DNA of 64,000 bases from an uncultured Gammaproteobacteria bacterium (GCA_964597575.1 CAZQXB010000001.1:338111-402110); one strand, 5' to 3'; positions 9,184-18,613 are shown, counted from the first letter of the stretch. Translations and numbers: made by a program. The notes: generated from the letters alone by a model not told the origin.

Positions 9184-10174
9184 TCGCCACACCGTAGAAC
9201 AATCGATCATGGAGAAGATTGCTGCTGGAGAAGTGAAACCCCGTTCGCGGTACATCTTTTTGGCTGAGCATGCAGCACTTGTTGTTGGATTTCTTTTTCT
9301 TCTTGTGGTAGCCGCACTTCTTTCGAGTATTGTTTTGTGGTACACCACATCGTCAGACATGTTTACCTTTTTAGCGTTCGGAAGAGAAGGGGTCCCTGCT
9401 TTTGTTGAATCACTCCCATATGCACTCATGATTGAAATAGTTTTGTGTGTCGTACTCGCGGCAGTGATTCTCCGGCATACCGACTGGTCCTACAAAAAAC
9501 CTCGTGGGTTTGTTATTTTTGCACTGGTTGGAGTTGTTTTTTTAGGAGGAAGCGCACTCGCTGCCACAAGTATTTCTGAGCGGGTGAATGCTCTTGCAGA
9601 AGCCACCCAAAAGAAGCATGAGTTTCTCCGTCCTTTTATTACCGAAGCGCCTGCGGTGCGCACTCGTGGTGTTACCGGCCGAGTGGCCGGAGTAGGGGAA
9701 GGATATGTAACGATTGAAACGGCAGCGGGCCCCATTGCGATCGATGTGGCGACTCTTCCGAATATGGGTTCAACCACTCTTATGCAAGGCGGGTATTTGA
9801 CGGTGGTTGGAAAGAATTCTGGCGAAGTATTTGAGGCTCGAAAAATCCGAATACTTGAGCAGAAAGAGGCGCCGGGGGTGCGACAGCGTGTTGAAGAACA
9901 TTTTGGCTTAGCAAACGATGAAACTTTTGTACAGAAAAGAGCTGTTATTCATCGAGAAAAGGGAAAGAAATATTGCCTGTTTACCTGTGAAAAAGAAAAA
10001 AAAGAGTTGTCGTACTGTGAAGAGTGGTGCGCGGCTCGGTTTCGTACAGGTCCTGAAGATTTGAAACCCTCGCCACTGCTCGAATCTGCTGAGGTTGCAC
10101 CAAGAGAGCGCTCCAGTCAAAAAGAAGAGCAACAAAACCGTAAAGGACCACCTCAATCTTCTTCATATGAGTGA
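9170..10174 (+). CDS. putative membrane anti-sigma factor (multi-TM, co-transcribed with the ECF sigma)
   Basis: The likely start MENDNRH overlaps the sigma stop. Three hydrophobic helices precede a soluble C-terminal domain. The assignment rests on position and is inferred; the long ORF 8984–10174 is an out-of-frame N-terminal extension over the sigma gene. Confidence 0.5.
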   Translation: MENDNRHTVEQSIMEKIAAGEVKPRSRYIFLAEHAALVVGFLFLLVVAALLSSIVLWYTTSSDMFTFLAFGREGVPAFVESLPYALMIEIVLCVVLAAVILRHTDWSYKKPRGFVIFALVGVVFLGGSALAATSISERVNALAEATQKKHEFLRPFITEAPAVRTRGVTGRVAGVGEGYVTIETAAGPIAIDVATLPNMGSTTLMQGGYLTVVGKNSGEVFEARKIRILEQKEAPGVRQRVEEHFGLANDETFVQKRAVIHREKGKKYCLFTCEKEKKELSYCEEWCAARFRTGPEDLKPSPLLESAEVAPRERSSQKEEQQNRKGPPQSSSYE

Positions 10175-10266
10175 GGAATAAAAAGTGAAATATTCATTGC
10201 GCTTCCTTTGTAGTATATATAGATCTAGATCATACCACTGTTTCGCTTACTCTTAACTCAATATGT

Positions 10267-10725
10267 ATGAAAAAAGGTTATATTCTTATACCAGCGTTTG
10301 CGCTTGTGGCACTTTTTGCTGGAGGCACTGCATCTGCTCATGGTGGATTTGGCGGTGGCAGCTTCGGTTTTGGGTTCGGTCTTGATGCTGACACCCGCGT
10401 AAAGATGTTTGAAGAACAAATGGTGAAGCAGTCCACACTTCTTGGAATCACTGTAAGCGATATGAAGGCGGCATGGGCTGAAGGAAAATCAGTGGCTGAA
10501 ATTGCTAAAGAAAAAAATATCTCTGAAGCAGATTTGCGTGCTCGAAGACAGGCACAGCAAGAAGCGGAAATGAAAACCTGGTTGCAACTTCTTGTCACAA
10601 AGGGGCAAATTACCCAAGCTCAGGCAGATGCCCGTTTAACTTTTTGGAAAGAACACGCTGAAAAACGGGTTCTCAATATGCAAAAAAAAGTCCAAAATCG
10701 TCTCGAAAAAAACAAGCACTCTTAG
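10267..10725 (+). CDS. secreted Gly-rich small protein with helical C-terminus, possibly a periplasmic stress protein
   Basis: A signal peptide (MKKGYILIPAFALVALFAGGTASA) is followed by a GGFGGGSFGFGFG tract and then Q/A-rich helices with LTxxQ-like repeats (ITQAQ…). It sits downstream of the sigma/anti-sigma pair. Confidence 0.5.
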   Translation: MKKGYILIPAFALVALFAGGTASAHGGFGGGSFGFGFGLDADTRVKMFEEQMVKQSTLLGITVSDMKAAWAEGKSVAEIAKEKNISEADLRARRQAQQEAEMKTWLQLLVTKGQITQAQADARLTFWKEHAEKRVLNMQKKVQNRLEKNKHS

Positions 10726-10797
10726 GAGTGCAGGCTGGGGTTAGTCTGAACAACTAACCAAGAGTCTAAAATACAGTGGCATACTCGTTCATACTGT

Positions 10798-10828
10798 AAA
10801 GAAGTCCCTAGAGAGGGACTTCTTTATT
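10798..10828 (+). terminator. rho-independent terminator
   Basis: Hairpin AAGAAGTCCC-TAGAGA-GGGACTTCTT followed by TATTT. Confidence 0.55.
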
Positions 10829-10858
10829 TGGTATAGTAGCCGTACGACTTACCTGTCT

Positions 10859-12934
10859 ATGCCTCTTTTGCTTGAAGCCGCGGTTACTGCTTTACCAGGG
10901 GTGGGAAAAACGCTCGCTCGACGCTTGCAGGTTTTAGGTATTCAGACAGTGCGAGATGTGCTGTTTCACCTCCCTTTTCGCTATGATGATTTGCGACAAA
11001 CAAAAAAGATCGCCGATTTAGTCGTGGGTGAGCGCGTAACCGTGAAGGCAACCATAGAGCTTATTGCGGCAAAGCGGAGTCCTCGGAAACGACTCCTTAT
11101 TACCGAAGCGATTGCGTCCGACGAAACCGGAAGGCTACGAATCGTTTGGTTCGGACAGCCCTATATTGCGAAAACCTTGAGTGCTGGAGACACCGTACTC
11201 CTTGCCGGAGCTGTGTCACGGGATATGCTCGGAACCGTGTTTCAGAGCCCGACATTCGAAAAAGAACAAAAAATACCTACGCATACAGCAAGGCTTTTGC
11301 CGGTGTACCCGGCTGGCAGTGGGCTCACGCAAAAACAAATTCGTCTCATCGTTCAGTCGGCACTTCCGGCTCTCCACGAGATCAAAGAAATTTTACCCCC
11401 CTTTGTGCTTACGCGCGCAAAAGTGTTACCGATGCGCGAAGCACTCTACGCCATCCATGATCCGAAAGATCCGAACATGGCCAATCAGGGGCTGAGGCGA
11501 CTTAAGTTCAATGAACTATTTTTACTTCAACTTCGGGCGGAAGATATTCGCCGTACTCTTTTGCAGGGAAAAGCCGCGTCTATTCCATTTCCAGAAAAGG
11601 AAGTAAAGTCGTTTGTAGAGCATTTACCATTTACCCTAACAAATGATCAGCGCGTGGCTGCCTGGGAGATTTTTCAAGATTTAGAAAGTGACAAGCCGAT
11701 GAATAGGCTCCTCCAGGGGGATGTAGGTTCTGGAAAAACCGTTATTGCGGCCATGGCACTTCTGGCGGCAACGCATGCAAAATATCAGGGGGCGCTTATG
11801 GCTCCGACAGATATTTTAGCGAAACAACATGCCGGCACCCTTTTCTCTCTTTTTGGTTCACGAGTTCGACTCGGACTCTATACCCGCACGAGTTGTGAGT
11901 TTATGGGGCAGGAAATCGCGGAAAAAAGTACTGCGGCTAAACGCCGTGCTTTTCTCGAGATGGTAAGAAAAGGAGAGATTGATGTGGTTGTGGGAACGCA
12001 TGCGCTTTTGACAGAGCGGATTACTTTTCAGGCCCTTGCGCTCGCTGTCGTTGATGAACAGCATCGCTTTGGGGTAACCCAACGAAAGCTTCTGAAAGAG
12101 GCTGCTGGGGCACTGCAACGAGAGCCACACTTTCTCAGTATGACCGCAACGCCTATTCCTCGTACGCTCGCACTTGCGGTATATGGTGATTTGGATTTGT
12201 CATTTTTAAAAAACAAACCCGCAGATCGAAAACCAATTATAACGAAACTCGTCGAGCCAAGAAATCGTGAACAGGCCAATGCTTTTTTAAGAAAGGAAAT
12301 TCAATCGGGTCGGCAGGTGTTTGTGATATGCCCTATGATTGAAGAGCAAAATGGTGGAGATGAGAAAAAGACTGTGCTTGCGGAGTATGCCAGGTTATCG
12401 AAAGAAATCTTTCCTGATCTGCGAGTGGGGTATGTGCACGGCAAAATGCCCGTCAAAGAAAAAGATGCTTCAATGCAAAAATTTGCTTCTGGAGAGGTTG
12501 ATATTTTGGTCGCAACCTCCGTCGTAGAAGTGGGAGTAAATATTCCAAATGCGAGTGTTATGGTTATTGAAAATGCTGAACGATTTGGTTTAGCCCAACT
12601 CCATCAATTTCGCGGACGAGTGGGTCGGAGTTCGCACCAGTCGTATTGTTTCTTGTTTCCCGGAGACACAAGTCAAAAAGCAAATAAACGTCTTGAATTA
12701 TTTGCCTCAACGAACGATGGATTTCGTTTGGCCGAGTACGATTTAGAAGAACGCGGCCCAGGGGAAGTATACGGGAAAGCGCAGAGCGGGCTTATGGAAT
12801 TAACACTCGCGACATTAAAAGATACAGACCTTGTGGTGCTCGCTCGTGAGCTTGCGAAAACCATTGATCCTCATGAATATCCGATTCTTAAAAAAGAGCT
12901 CATGATTACTCGTGAGCGCGTTCACCTTGAATAA
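10859..12934 (+). CDS. recG: ATP-dependent DNA helicase RecG
   Basis: The 691-aa ORF has a wedge domain and helicase motifs (LLQGDVGSGKTVIAAMALL, VVDEQHRFGVTQR, QLHQFRGRVGRS). Confidence 0.9.
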   Translation: MPLLLEAAVTALPGVGKTLARRLQVLGIQTVRDVLFHLPFRYDDLRQTKKIADLVVGERVTVKATIELIAAKRSPRKRLLITEAIASDETGRLRIVWFGQPYIAKTLSAGDTVLLAGAVSRDMLGTVFQSPTFEKEQKIPTHTARLLPVYPAGSGLTQKQIRLIVQSALPALHEIKEILPPFVLTRAKVLPMREALYAIHDPKDPNMANQGLRRLKFNELFLLQLRAEDIRRTLLQGKAASIPFPEKEVKSFVEHLPFTLTNDQRVAAWEIFQDLESDKPMNRLLQGDVGSGKTVIAAMALLAATHAKYQGALMAPTDILAKQHAGTLFSLFGSRVRLGLYTRTSCEFMGQEIAEKSTAAKRRAFLEMVRKGEIDVVVGTHALLTERITFQALALAVVDEQHRFGVTQRKLLKEAAGALQREPHFLSMTATPIPRTLALAVYGDLDLSFLKNKPADRKPIITKLVEPRNREQANAFLRKEIQSGRQVFVICPMIEEQNGGDEKKTVLAEYARLSKEIFPDLRVGYVHGKMPVKEKDASMQKFASGEVDILVATSVVEVGVNIPNASVMVIENAERFGLAQLHQFRGRVGRSSHQSYCFLFPGDTSQKANKRLELFASTNDGFRLAEYDLEERGPGEVYGKAQSGLMELTLATLKDTDLVVLARELAKTIDPHEYPILKKELMITRERVHLE

Positions 12935-12940
12935 AATATA

Positions 12941-14296
12941 TTAGGCGTGGCGGATAAGATCACTCATTGAACCGACCGGTAAAACCGTCAGTCCGGAAAT
13001 GGGTTTCGTTGGTGCCGCACTTTTTGGGGTAATAACTCGAGTCATTTTTAAATTCAAACATTCTTTGAGGCGTTTCTCTGCTTGGCGGACACTTCGTACT
13101 TCGCCACCCAAGCCAACCTCGCCAAATACTGCCATGTCATTGCCGAGTGCTTTGTCTTTGTATGCGCTCGCGACGGCGAGTGCGACTGCCAGGTCGGCTG
13201 CAGGTTCAGATGCTTTAATACCCCCAACCACATTTACATGAACATCGTATTGGCCAAGGGGAAGCCCGGCCCGGCGCTCCAGCACTGCAAGGAGCATGTG
13301 GAGACGGTTCACATCAAAACCGCTCGCTTTTCTTACGGGGTAGCCGAACATGGTTTTAGTCACCAAGGCCTGAATTTCTACAAGAAGGGGACGTGTACCT
13401 TCGAGTAAACAGGTAATGACTGACCCCGGCACGCTTTCTCCGCGTTCTTTCATCATGGCAAGGGAGGGGTTGGTTACTTCTTTTAATCCAAGTTCCGTCA
13501 TGTCGAACATCCCCACTTCATCAGTTGAGCCAAAACGGTTTTTCACTGCACGCAAGATACGCATATTGTGGTGGCGGTCGCCCTCAAGATAGAGAACCGT
13601 ATCTACTAAGTGTTCTAATGTTTTTGGTCCAGCCACATTCCCGTCTTTCGTCACATGTCCAATAAGAATAACGGTTGTACCAGAATGTTTAGCTGCGGTA
13701 AGGAGTTGGACGGTTGCGGCGCGTACCTGTGTAATATTTCCGGGTTCGCCAGGCACTTTATCGGAAAAGAGGGTTTGAATAGAATCGACAATAGCGAGAG
13801 GCGGCTTGGTTTGGCGAATCGTTTCAGCAATGGCTTCAACCATGGTGGCGTTTCCCAGTTGAATATCCTTTGTACCAAGCCCCAGGCGGTGAGCGCGGAG
13901 GGTTATTTGTTCTACAGATTCTTCTCCAGAAATATATACTGTTTTTGGAATAAGGCTGGCAAGTTGAAGAGAGAGTGTGGATTTTCCAATGCCAGGTTCA
14001 CCGCCCAAAAGAAGGAGACTTCCTGGTACAAATCCACCGCCAAGAACACGATCAAGCTCCTGTAGGTTGGTCGTGAGTCGCGCTGCTGCGTCTTGTTGTA
14101 TGTCTTTTAGTGCCGTAACTGGAACTGTGGGGTAGCTACCTTGACCGCTATCACGTGTCTGAAGGTTCATCGGAACCGCTTCTTCGGTGACTGATCCCCA
14201 TTCTCCGCACTCTAAACAGCGCCCAGTCCATTTTTGGAACTGAGCGCCGCATTTACTACAGGCGAATATGGATTTGGGAATTTTTTTGGCGGCCAT
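12941..14296 (-). CDS. radA: DNA repair protein RadA/Sms
   Basis: An N-terminal zinc ribbon (CSKCGAQFQKWTGRCLECGEWGS) is followed by a RecA-like ATPase (LLLGGEPGIGKSTLSLQ) and the KNRFG motif, with a Lon-like C-terminus. Confidence 0.9.
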   Translation of the reverse strand: MAAKKIPKSIFACSKCGAQFQKWTGRCLECGEWGSVTEEAVPMNLQTRDSGQGSYPTVPVTALKDIQQDAAARLTTNLQELDRVLGGGFVPGSLLLLGGEPGIGKSTLSLQLASLIPKTVYISGEESVEQITLRAHRLGLGTKDIQLGNATMVEAIAETIRQTKPPLAIVDSIQTLFSDKVPGEPGNITQVRAATVQLLTAAKHSGTTVILIGHVTKDGNVAGPKTLEHLVDTVLYLEGDRHHNMRILRAVKNRFGSTDEVGMFDMTELGLKEVTNPSLAMMKERGESVPGSVITCLLEGTRPLLVEIQALVTKTMFGYPVRKASGFDVNRLHMLLAVLERRAGLPLGQYDVHVNVVGGIKASEPAADLAVALAVASAYKDKALGNDMAVFGEVGLGGEVRSVRQAEKRLKECLNLKMTRVITPKSAAPTKPISGLTVLPVGSMSDLIRHA

Positions 14297-14311
14297 ACCT
14301 GATGATGAGAA

Positions 14312-15580
14312 TTACCGTGCGCAAGGTGGAGGAGTATTGTCTCGGTATATTCCACCATTAGTATTTTGGTAAAATTCGTAAATCAGTCGACACACTTGCC
14401 CGGTATCGCACGTTCTCATGTTTCTAAGAGCATAATTGAATGCCCCCGTTCCTCCGTGATGGCCAACATATGCCAGATAGTAGACAGACTCTGGGGTACA
14501 GGTGTTTCCAAACGTTCGTTGAATTTTTTGTAAATTCATACGCAGGTAGCCTGTCCCAACCATGGTGCTCACTTCAGCGTTTTTAAGCGACTCATGAGCT
14601 GGGTTTCTCGCTGCACTACAGCCTTTTCCACGAATAATTCCCCCTCTGGTGCAATAGTCAGATAACCGTGCTCCAACGGCTTCGAAGCAACTATTCCTTT
14701 TGGTCTGAAACAGACCGGCGTAACAGCTCTCTTTGTTGACTGCATTTGGATTTTCTCGCGATTCTACCTGGGCGATTGCCTTCAGTAGGCGATAGTCAGC
14801 CGTCAGACAGTTAGCGTACTTCTTCAGAAGGTCCTCATCGTACGATTGTTGTGGCTCTCCATTTTTTCCGATTAAACCCGGGTTATCGAGTGGGCAGGCA
14901 TTAGAATCGATTGGTTTATTCAGTTGGGCACCGGCGGCATATTGGGCAGCGCGTAAGGCACCGTTATGATTTTCTTGAGCGATATCTGAGGCTGTCCATT
15001 TTCTATCACTGTTAGGGTTGGCTGTGATTTTACTTCGTATTGGAGATGCAACAGACTCATCGAGCGGAGGACCATGATAATCAAATTCGATTTCGCTTTC
15101 GTTAATATAGGGAATTGCCAAGGCTCGAAAACGCACCAATTCTGGGTTAATGGCGTATAAAAGAGAGTAAGAGCCCAGAACTAAAAGGAGGCCAGTTACG
15201 GCGTTCGTAATTCTTCCTTTGGCTTGACTAATCGTATCCGGGCTTCCACCAGAAATACTCCACTGAAAACCGCTGATGATAATAATGATGACGGCTACAA
15301 CACCCGAGATGCCGACAGCATAGCGATATATGGCTGCCAAGTATTCCGCAAGAAACGGAATTTGGAGAAATAACTGCCCGTCACCATTTTTTTCAGAACT
15401 TTGTTTCAGAATACTTTCGTCAGTCGTGAACTGAAGTCCGGGGATGGCAATGTTTGGGTCTGGAACAATAAAATCAACATTGTCCGCTACATTGTCTTGT
15501 GCGAAAAGCGCTGTTGGTAAAAAAAGCGTACAGGTGCTGAGGATGCAAAGGGTAAATAGAATTTGACGAAAGCGAGGCAT
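14312..15580 (-). CDS. secreted two-helix (VirB2/TrbC pilin-like) module fused to a family-1 lytic transglycosylase (SLT) domain
   Basis: A signal peptide is followed by PDPNIAIPG and LQIPFLAEYLAAIYRYAVGISGVVAVIIIIISGF…AVTGLLLVLGSYSLLYAINPELV (two hydrophobic helices). The C-terminus carries the SLT signature LLKAIAQVESRENPNAVNKESCYAGLFQ, with ten Cys in the C-terminal domain. Confidence 0.8.
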   Translation of the reverse strand: MPRFRQILFTLCILSTCTLFLPTALFAQDNVADNVDFIVPDPNIAIPGLQFTTDESILKQSSEKNGDGQLFLQIPFLAEYLAAIYRYAVGISGVVAVIIIIISGFQWSISGGSPDTISQAKGRITNAVTGLLLVLGSYSLLYAINPELVRFRALAIPYINESEIEFDYHGPPLDESVASPIRSKITANPNSDRKWTASDIAQENHNGALRAAQYAAGAQLNKPIDSNACPLDNPGLIGKNGEPQQSYDEDLLKKYANCLTADYRLLKAIAQVESRENPNAVNKESCYAGLFQTKRNSCFEAVGARLSDYCTRGGIIRGKGCSAARNPAHESLKNAEVSTMVGTGYLRMNLQKIQRTFGNTCTPESVYYLAYVGHHGGTGAFNYALRNMRTCDTGQVCRLIYEFYQNTNGGIYRDNTPPPCAR

Positions 15581-15586
15581 ACGAAA

Positions 15587-16732
15587 TCAAGGAGATTGTG
15601 GTGCGCGACGGATCCAAGTAAACGGATATGGGTTTCTTCTAATTTTGGCAAAATCAGCAAAGTTTTTTATCTTTGGATTAGCGTTTGGCTGGCGACCCCC
15701 GTCTCCTCCGGCTGCCTCAATCGTTTTTCCATCGCCGATGTACATGATGACGTGGCCAATCGTTTTTCCAGCGTCTCCCGCTTTCCATCCGAGTAAGTCT
15801 CCGGGTTGGAGCGCTCTTCCGTTTACCGTGTTTGTTTCATAATTAATCGAAGGGGTGCCGTCAGAGAGGTTTGGTTCGATTCTTTCTGATTGTGAACCAA
15901 ATATGTTCGCTGTTCCGCCGGGTAATGCGGGAAGTCCTGCACAATCGTATACATATGCTAGCATGCCTGAGCAGTCAAAACAAATATTTCCCTCCGGGCA
16001 GTAGTTGTTGTACTTCGTATATGCCGAATTGGTTTCAGAGTAGGGAGGAGGGCCACCCTTTCCGCCAAAACGATAGGCTACATGACCCTCAAGACTTTTT
16101 ATGATTTGTGGGACGGCTTCAATTCCCCCGGTTTTAGGGCAGAAGAGAGTGGTAGCAAGACCTTGTTCCCTCAAAAAATTTTCATTCGTTACGCGGGAAA
16201 CGATCGGGCGATTACTGTCGCCGCCTTCTTGGTACTCTAAATTTTTAGTAAGGATGTAGGGCACTTCAAGTGCGTAAAATCGAACCAGGTTTGGATTGAT
16301 CGCGTAGAGAATGCTGTAGGACCCTAAAAGGATAATGAGACCGGTAATTCCGTTGGTGATTCTTTTTTTTGCACCACTAATCGTTTCCGGGCTTCCTCCT
16401 GAGGCTGCCCACTGAAACCCGCCAAGAATGATTACGATAACGGCTATGATTCCGGAAATCCCAAGGGCATAGCGGTATATCCCGCGAATATATTCTCCTA
16501 AGAAGGGGATTTGAAGGATAATTCTACCGTCACGTGCATGGCGCTCGGCTGCCCTGCGTTTTATTTCAGCAGCCTCAGTAAACGAGATGCCAGGAATGTT
16601 AATATTCGGATCCGGCGTTATAATTGTAACATCGTCTACGGGGTTGCCGCTTTGGGCAATTCCCGCTTGTGGCAAAATAATTCCGGTAAGAAGAATGATG
16701 CTATAAAGAAAAGGGGAGAATATTTTTTTCAT
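15587..16732 (-). CDS. paralog of the upstream gene: same pilin-like N-module fused to an NlpC/P60 peptidoglycan endopeptidase domain
   Basis: The start was moved to MKKIFSPFLY (residue 62 of the track ORF). The N-module is about 70 % identical to its neighbour (ITPDPNINIPG; LQIPFLGEYIRGIYRYALGISGIIAVIVIILGGF…GLIILLGSYSILYAINPNLV). The C-terminus matches NlpC/P60 (CFDCSGMLAYVYDCAGLP…LQPGDLLGW…GHVIMYIGDGKTIEA). Confidence 0.8.
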   Translation of the reverse strand: MKKIFSPFLYSIILLTGIILPQAGIAQSGNPVDDVTIITPDPNINIPGISFTEAAEIKRRAAERHARDGRIILQIPFLGEYIRGIYRYALGISGIIAVIVIILGGFQWAASGGSPETISGAKKRITNGITGLIILLGSYSILYAINPNLVRFYALEVPYILTKNLEYQEGGDSNRPIVSRVTNENFLREQGLATTLFCPKTGGIEAVPQIIKSLEGHVAYRFGGKGGPPPYSETNSAYTKYNNYCPEGNICFDCSGMLAYVYDCAGLPALPGGTANIFGSQSERIEPNLSDGTPSINYETNTVNGRALQPGDLLGWKAGDAGKTIGHVIMYIGDGKTIEAAGGDGGRQPNANPKIKNFADFAKIRRNPYPFTWIRRAPQSP

Positions 16733-16739
16733 AGCAACG

Positions 16740-17384
16740 TTATAAACCGAGCAATGCCTCCCACCCTTCAATGGTTCGGGGGGTTTCAACTTGTTTGTTA
16801 TCGATAAAGAGCGTTGGTACTTCCTGTATACGGAGTGCGGTTGCAATTTGTTTGGTGGTGTCAAGTTCGCTTTGAACAGATGCACTCGTGGCGCATGCGG
16901 TGATTCTTTCCGCATTCAGCCCTGCTGCCACCACAGCCGCACTAATTGCTTCTTCAGAGACATTGTTTCCATTTTCAAAAATCGCTCGGGTATACAATTC
17001 AAATTTTCCTTGTTTTGCAGCACATAGGCCGTAGAGGTGTGCCTGGTCTGAGGGGGTTGGAATTCGAACCACCGGTAAGCTCTTCCAAATCATTTTTATT
17101 TTTCCAGGATGTTTGTTGAGTACAAGCCAAAACATTTGCATGCTTTCAGCGCATGCGGCACAGCCAAAATCTTCAAATGCAACAATTGTTTTGAGTGCGC
17201 GTTTGTCACCGATCACTGGGTCAAATGGAAGAATGGGAATGGCCACTTCAGTGCGATTCTCTTCGCCTGTATATTCATCCTCTGGATAGAGGGGTTCATA
17301 CTGACTGATGCGAAAGGCTAAAACACCAAGAGCAATGAGAATGGCAGGGCCAAAAGTAAAGAGAAGTTGTTTGTTCGTGATCAT
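16740..17384 (-). CDS. membrane-anchored DsbA-like thiol:disulfide oxidoreductase (thioredoxin fold, CxxC = CAAC)
   Basis: An N-terminal TM helix precedes …IVAFEDFGCAACAESMQMFW… and a DsbA-like C-terminus (…IQEVPTLFIDNKQ). Confidence 0.7.
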   Translation of the reverse strand: MITNKQLLFTFGPAILIALGVLAFRISQYEPLYPEDEYTGEENRTEVAIPILPFDPVIGDKRALKTIVAFEDFGCAACAESMQMFWLVLNKHPGKIKMIWKSLPVVRIPTPSDQAHLYGLCAAKQGKFELYTRAIFENGNNVSEEAISAAVVAAGLNAERITACATSASVQSELDTTKQIATALRIQEVPTLFIDNKQVETPRTIEGWEALLGL

Positions 17385-18613
17385 AGGGAAACACGGAAGA
17401 TACCGTCTTGATTTTTATCAGTAAAGTACACGGCGTTTTCGGTTTCGTTTACGGTGATTGTGTCGATGGTGTGGGTTTCTTCAAGGGTAATTTCCGTCTG
17501 GATACCTGTTTGTATGTCAATTCGAACGAGCCGATCAGGAACCGTTGAGGCAATTGCTGGGGCAAGCCCAGCGCCGGTTTCGAGCTCGGTTGGTACGCCA
17601 CAGTACAGGAATCGTTCGCTTTGAAATGAGCATTTCGACGCCCAGGTGTTAATATTGAGGGCACTTCTATTTTCTCCTAAACTCTCGATATTTCCATCAA
17701 CAACCCAGAGTTCGGGCTTAAAGTCTGAGCGTCCAGAGTACACGCTATAGAGAAGTTTGTTTCCTTGAGGAGACCACTTTGTTTCAAGTCCGCGACCCTC
17801 CACAATGGTCGAAGGAAAATTTTCATTTCGTTCTCCCAAGAAGAGGACTTCTTGGCGGTCAGCGCCTAATTGGTCGCCGGTTCGGGCAATGCCCACAATT
17901 TGTCGATTCGGTGACCAGTCCACAATAACTTTGTCTGCATTTGCCCCAAGAGGGAGAACCGCTGTTACGCCAGTACCGTCAGGGTTCGCGGTTACAAGAA
18001 AGCGATTTTCTTCCGAATATCCAATACTTTTTGCAATAATTTTTTCTCCTCCTGGGGAGAAAGCAAAATCAGTCCATTGTTTTGGTAGAGTGACTTGGCG
18101 TTTGGTGTCAAAATTGTAATAAATATTTGAGCCATCAGGGTATTCCATGATCGATTCATTTGTTTTTGATGACCAAGCCACATCTTGGACGTTATAAAAA
18201 ACTTGATCAGAGAGTGCCGCGAGTGTTCCATTCGGAAGAGCGCGGTAAAATTGCCCGTTGGTTTTATTGTAAAAATGAACACCGCCCCCAGATACTTTCG
18301 TCGTGCCTAGAGCAGGGTCTATGACAATTTTTTCTTCCCTTGGTGTGTCGGTCGTTCTTCCTCCAACCGGAACAGGTGTGGGTGTGCCTGGAGAAACAGG
18401 CAGAGGGGCGACTCCGGTTCCTGGTGTTCGACCGGTTGTAGTACCCGTGCCCGCCTGGGGTAACCCTCCGGGTGAAACAGGCTCTACAATGCCCGGCGGG
18501 GAAACAGGGGCAAGTTTTGATTTAAAAAATACCCGATACAGTGCGTACCCAAGAATAATTACCGCGAGAACAAATACGGCGGCAAAGGCAATGCGTTTTT
18601 GTTGGTCATCCAT
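17381..18613 (-). CDS. membrane-anchored TolB-like beta-propeller protein (PD40 repeats) with a Pro/Thr/Gly-rich linker
   Basis: An N-terminal TM helix (AFAAVFVLAVIILGYALY) and a P/T/G-rich spacer are followed by repeated FSPGGEKI / WSPNRQIV / WSPQGNKLLY PD40-like blades. Confidence 0.65.
   Translation of the reverse strand: MDDQQKRIAFAAVFVLAVIILGYALYRVFFKSKLAPVSPPGIVEPVSPGGLPQAGTGTTTGRTPGTGVAPLPVSPGTPTPVPVGGRTTDTPREEKIVIDPALGTTKVSGGGVHFYNKTNGQFYRALPNGTLAALSDQVFYNVQDVAWSSKTNESIMEYPDGSNIYYNFDTKRQVTLPKQWTDFAFSPGGEKIIAKSIGYSEENRFLVTANPDGTGVTAVLPLGANADKVIVDWSPNRQIVGIARTGDQLGADRQEVLFLGERNENFPSTIVEGRGLETKWSPQGNKLLYSVYSGRSDFKPELWVVDGNIESLGENRSALNINTWASKCSFQSERFLYCGVPTELETGAGLAPAIASTVPDRLVRIDIQTGIQTEITLEETHTIDTITVNETENAVYFTDKNQDGIFRVSL

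Noticed and set aside
8984-10174. 396-aa ORF overlapping the 3' third of the sigma-factor gene
   Set aside because: The N-terminal 62 codons are an out-of-frame read-through across the conserved sigma region 4. The real gene most likely starts at MENDNRH (about 9170).
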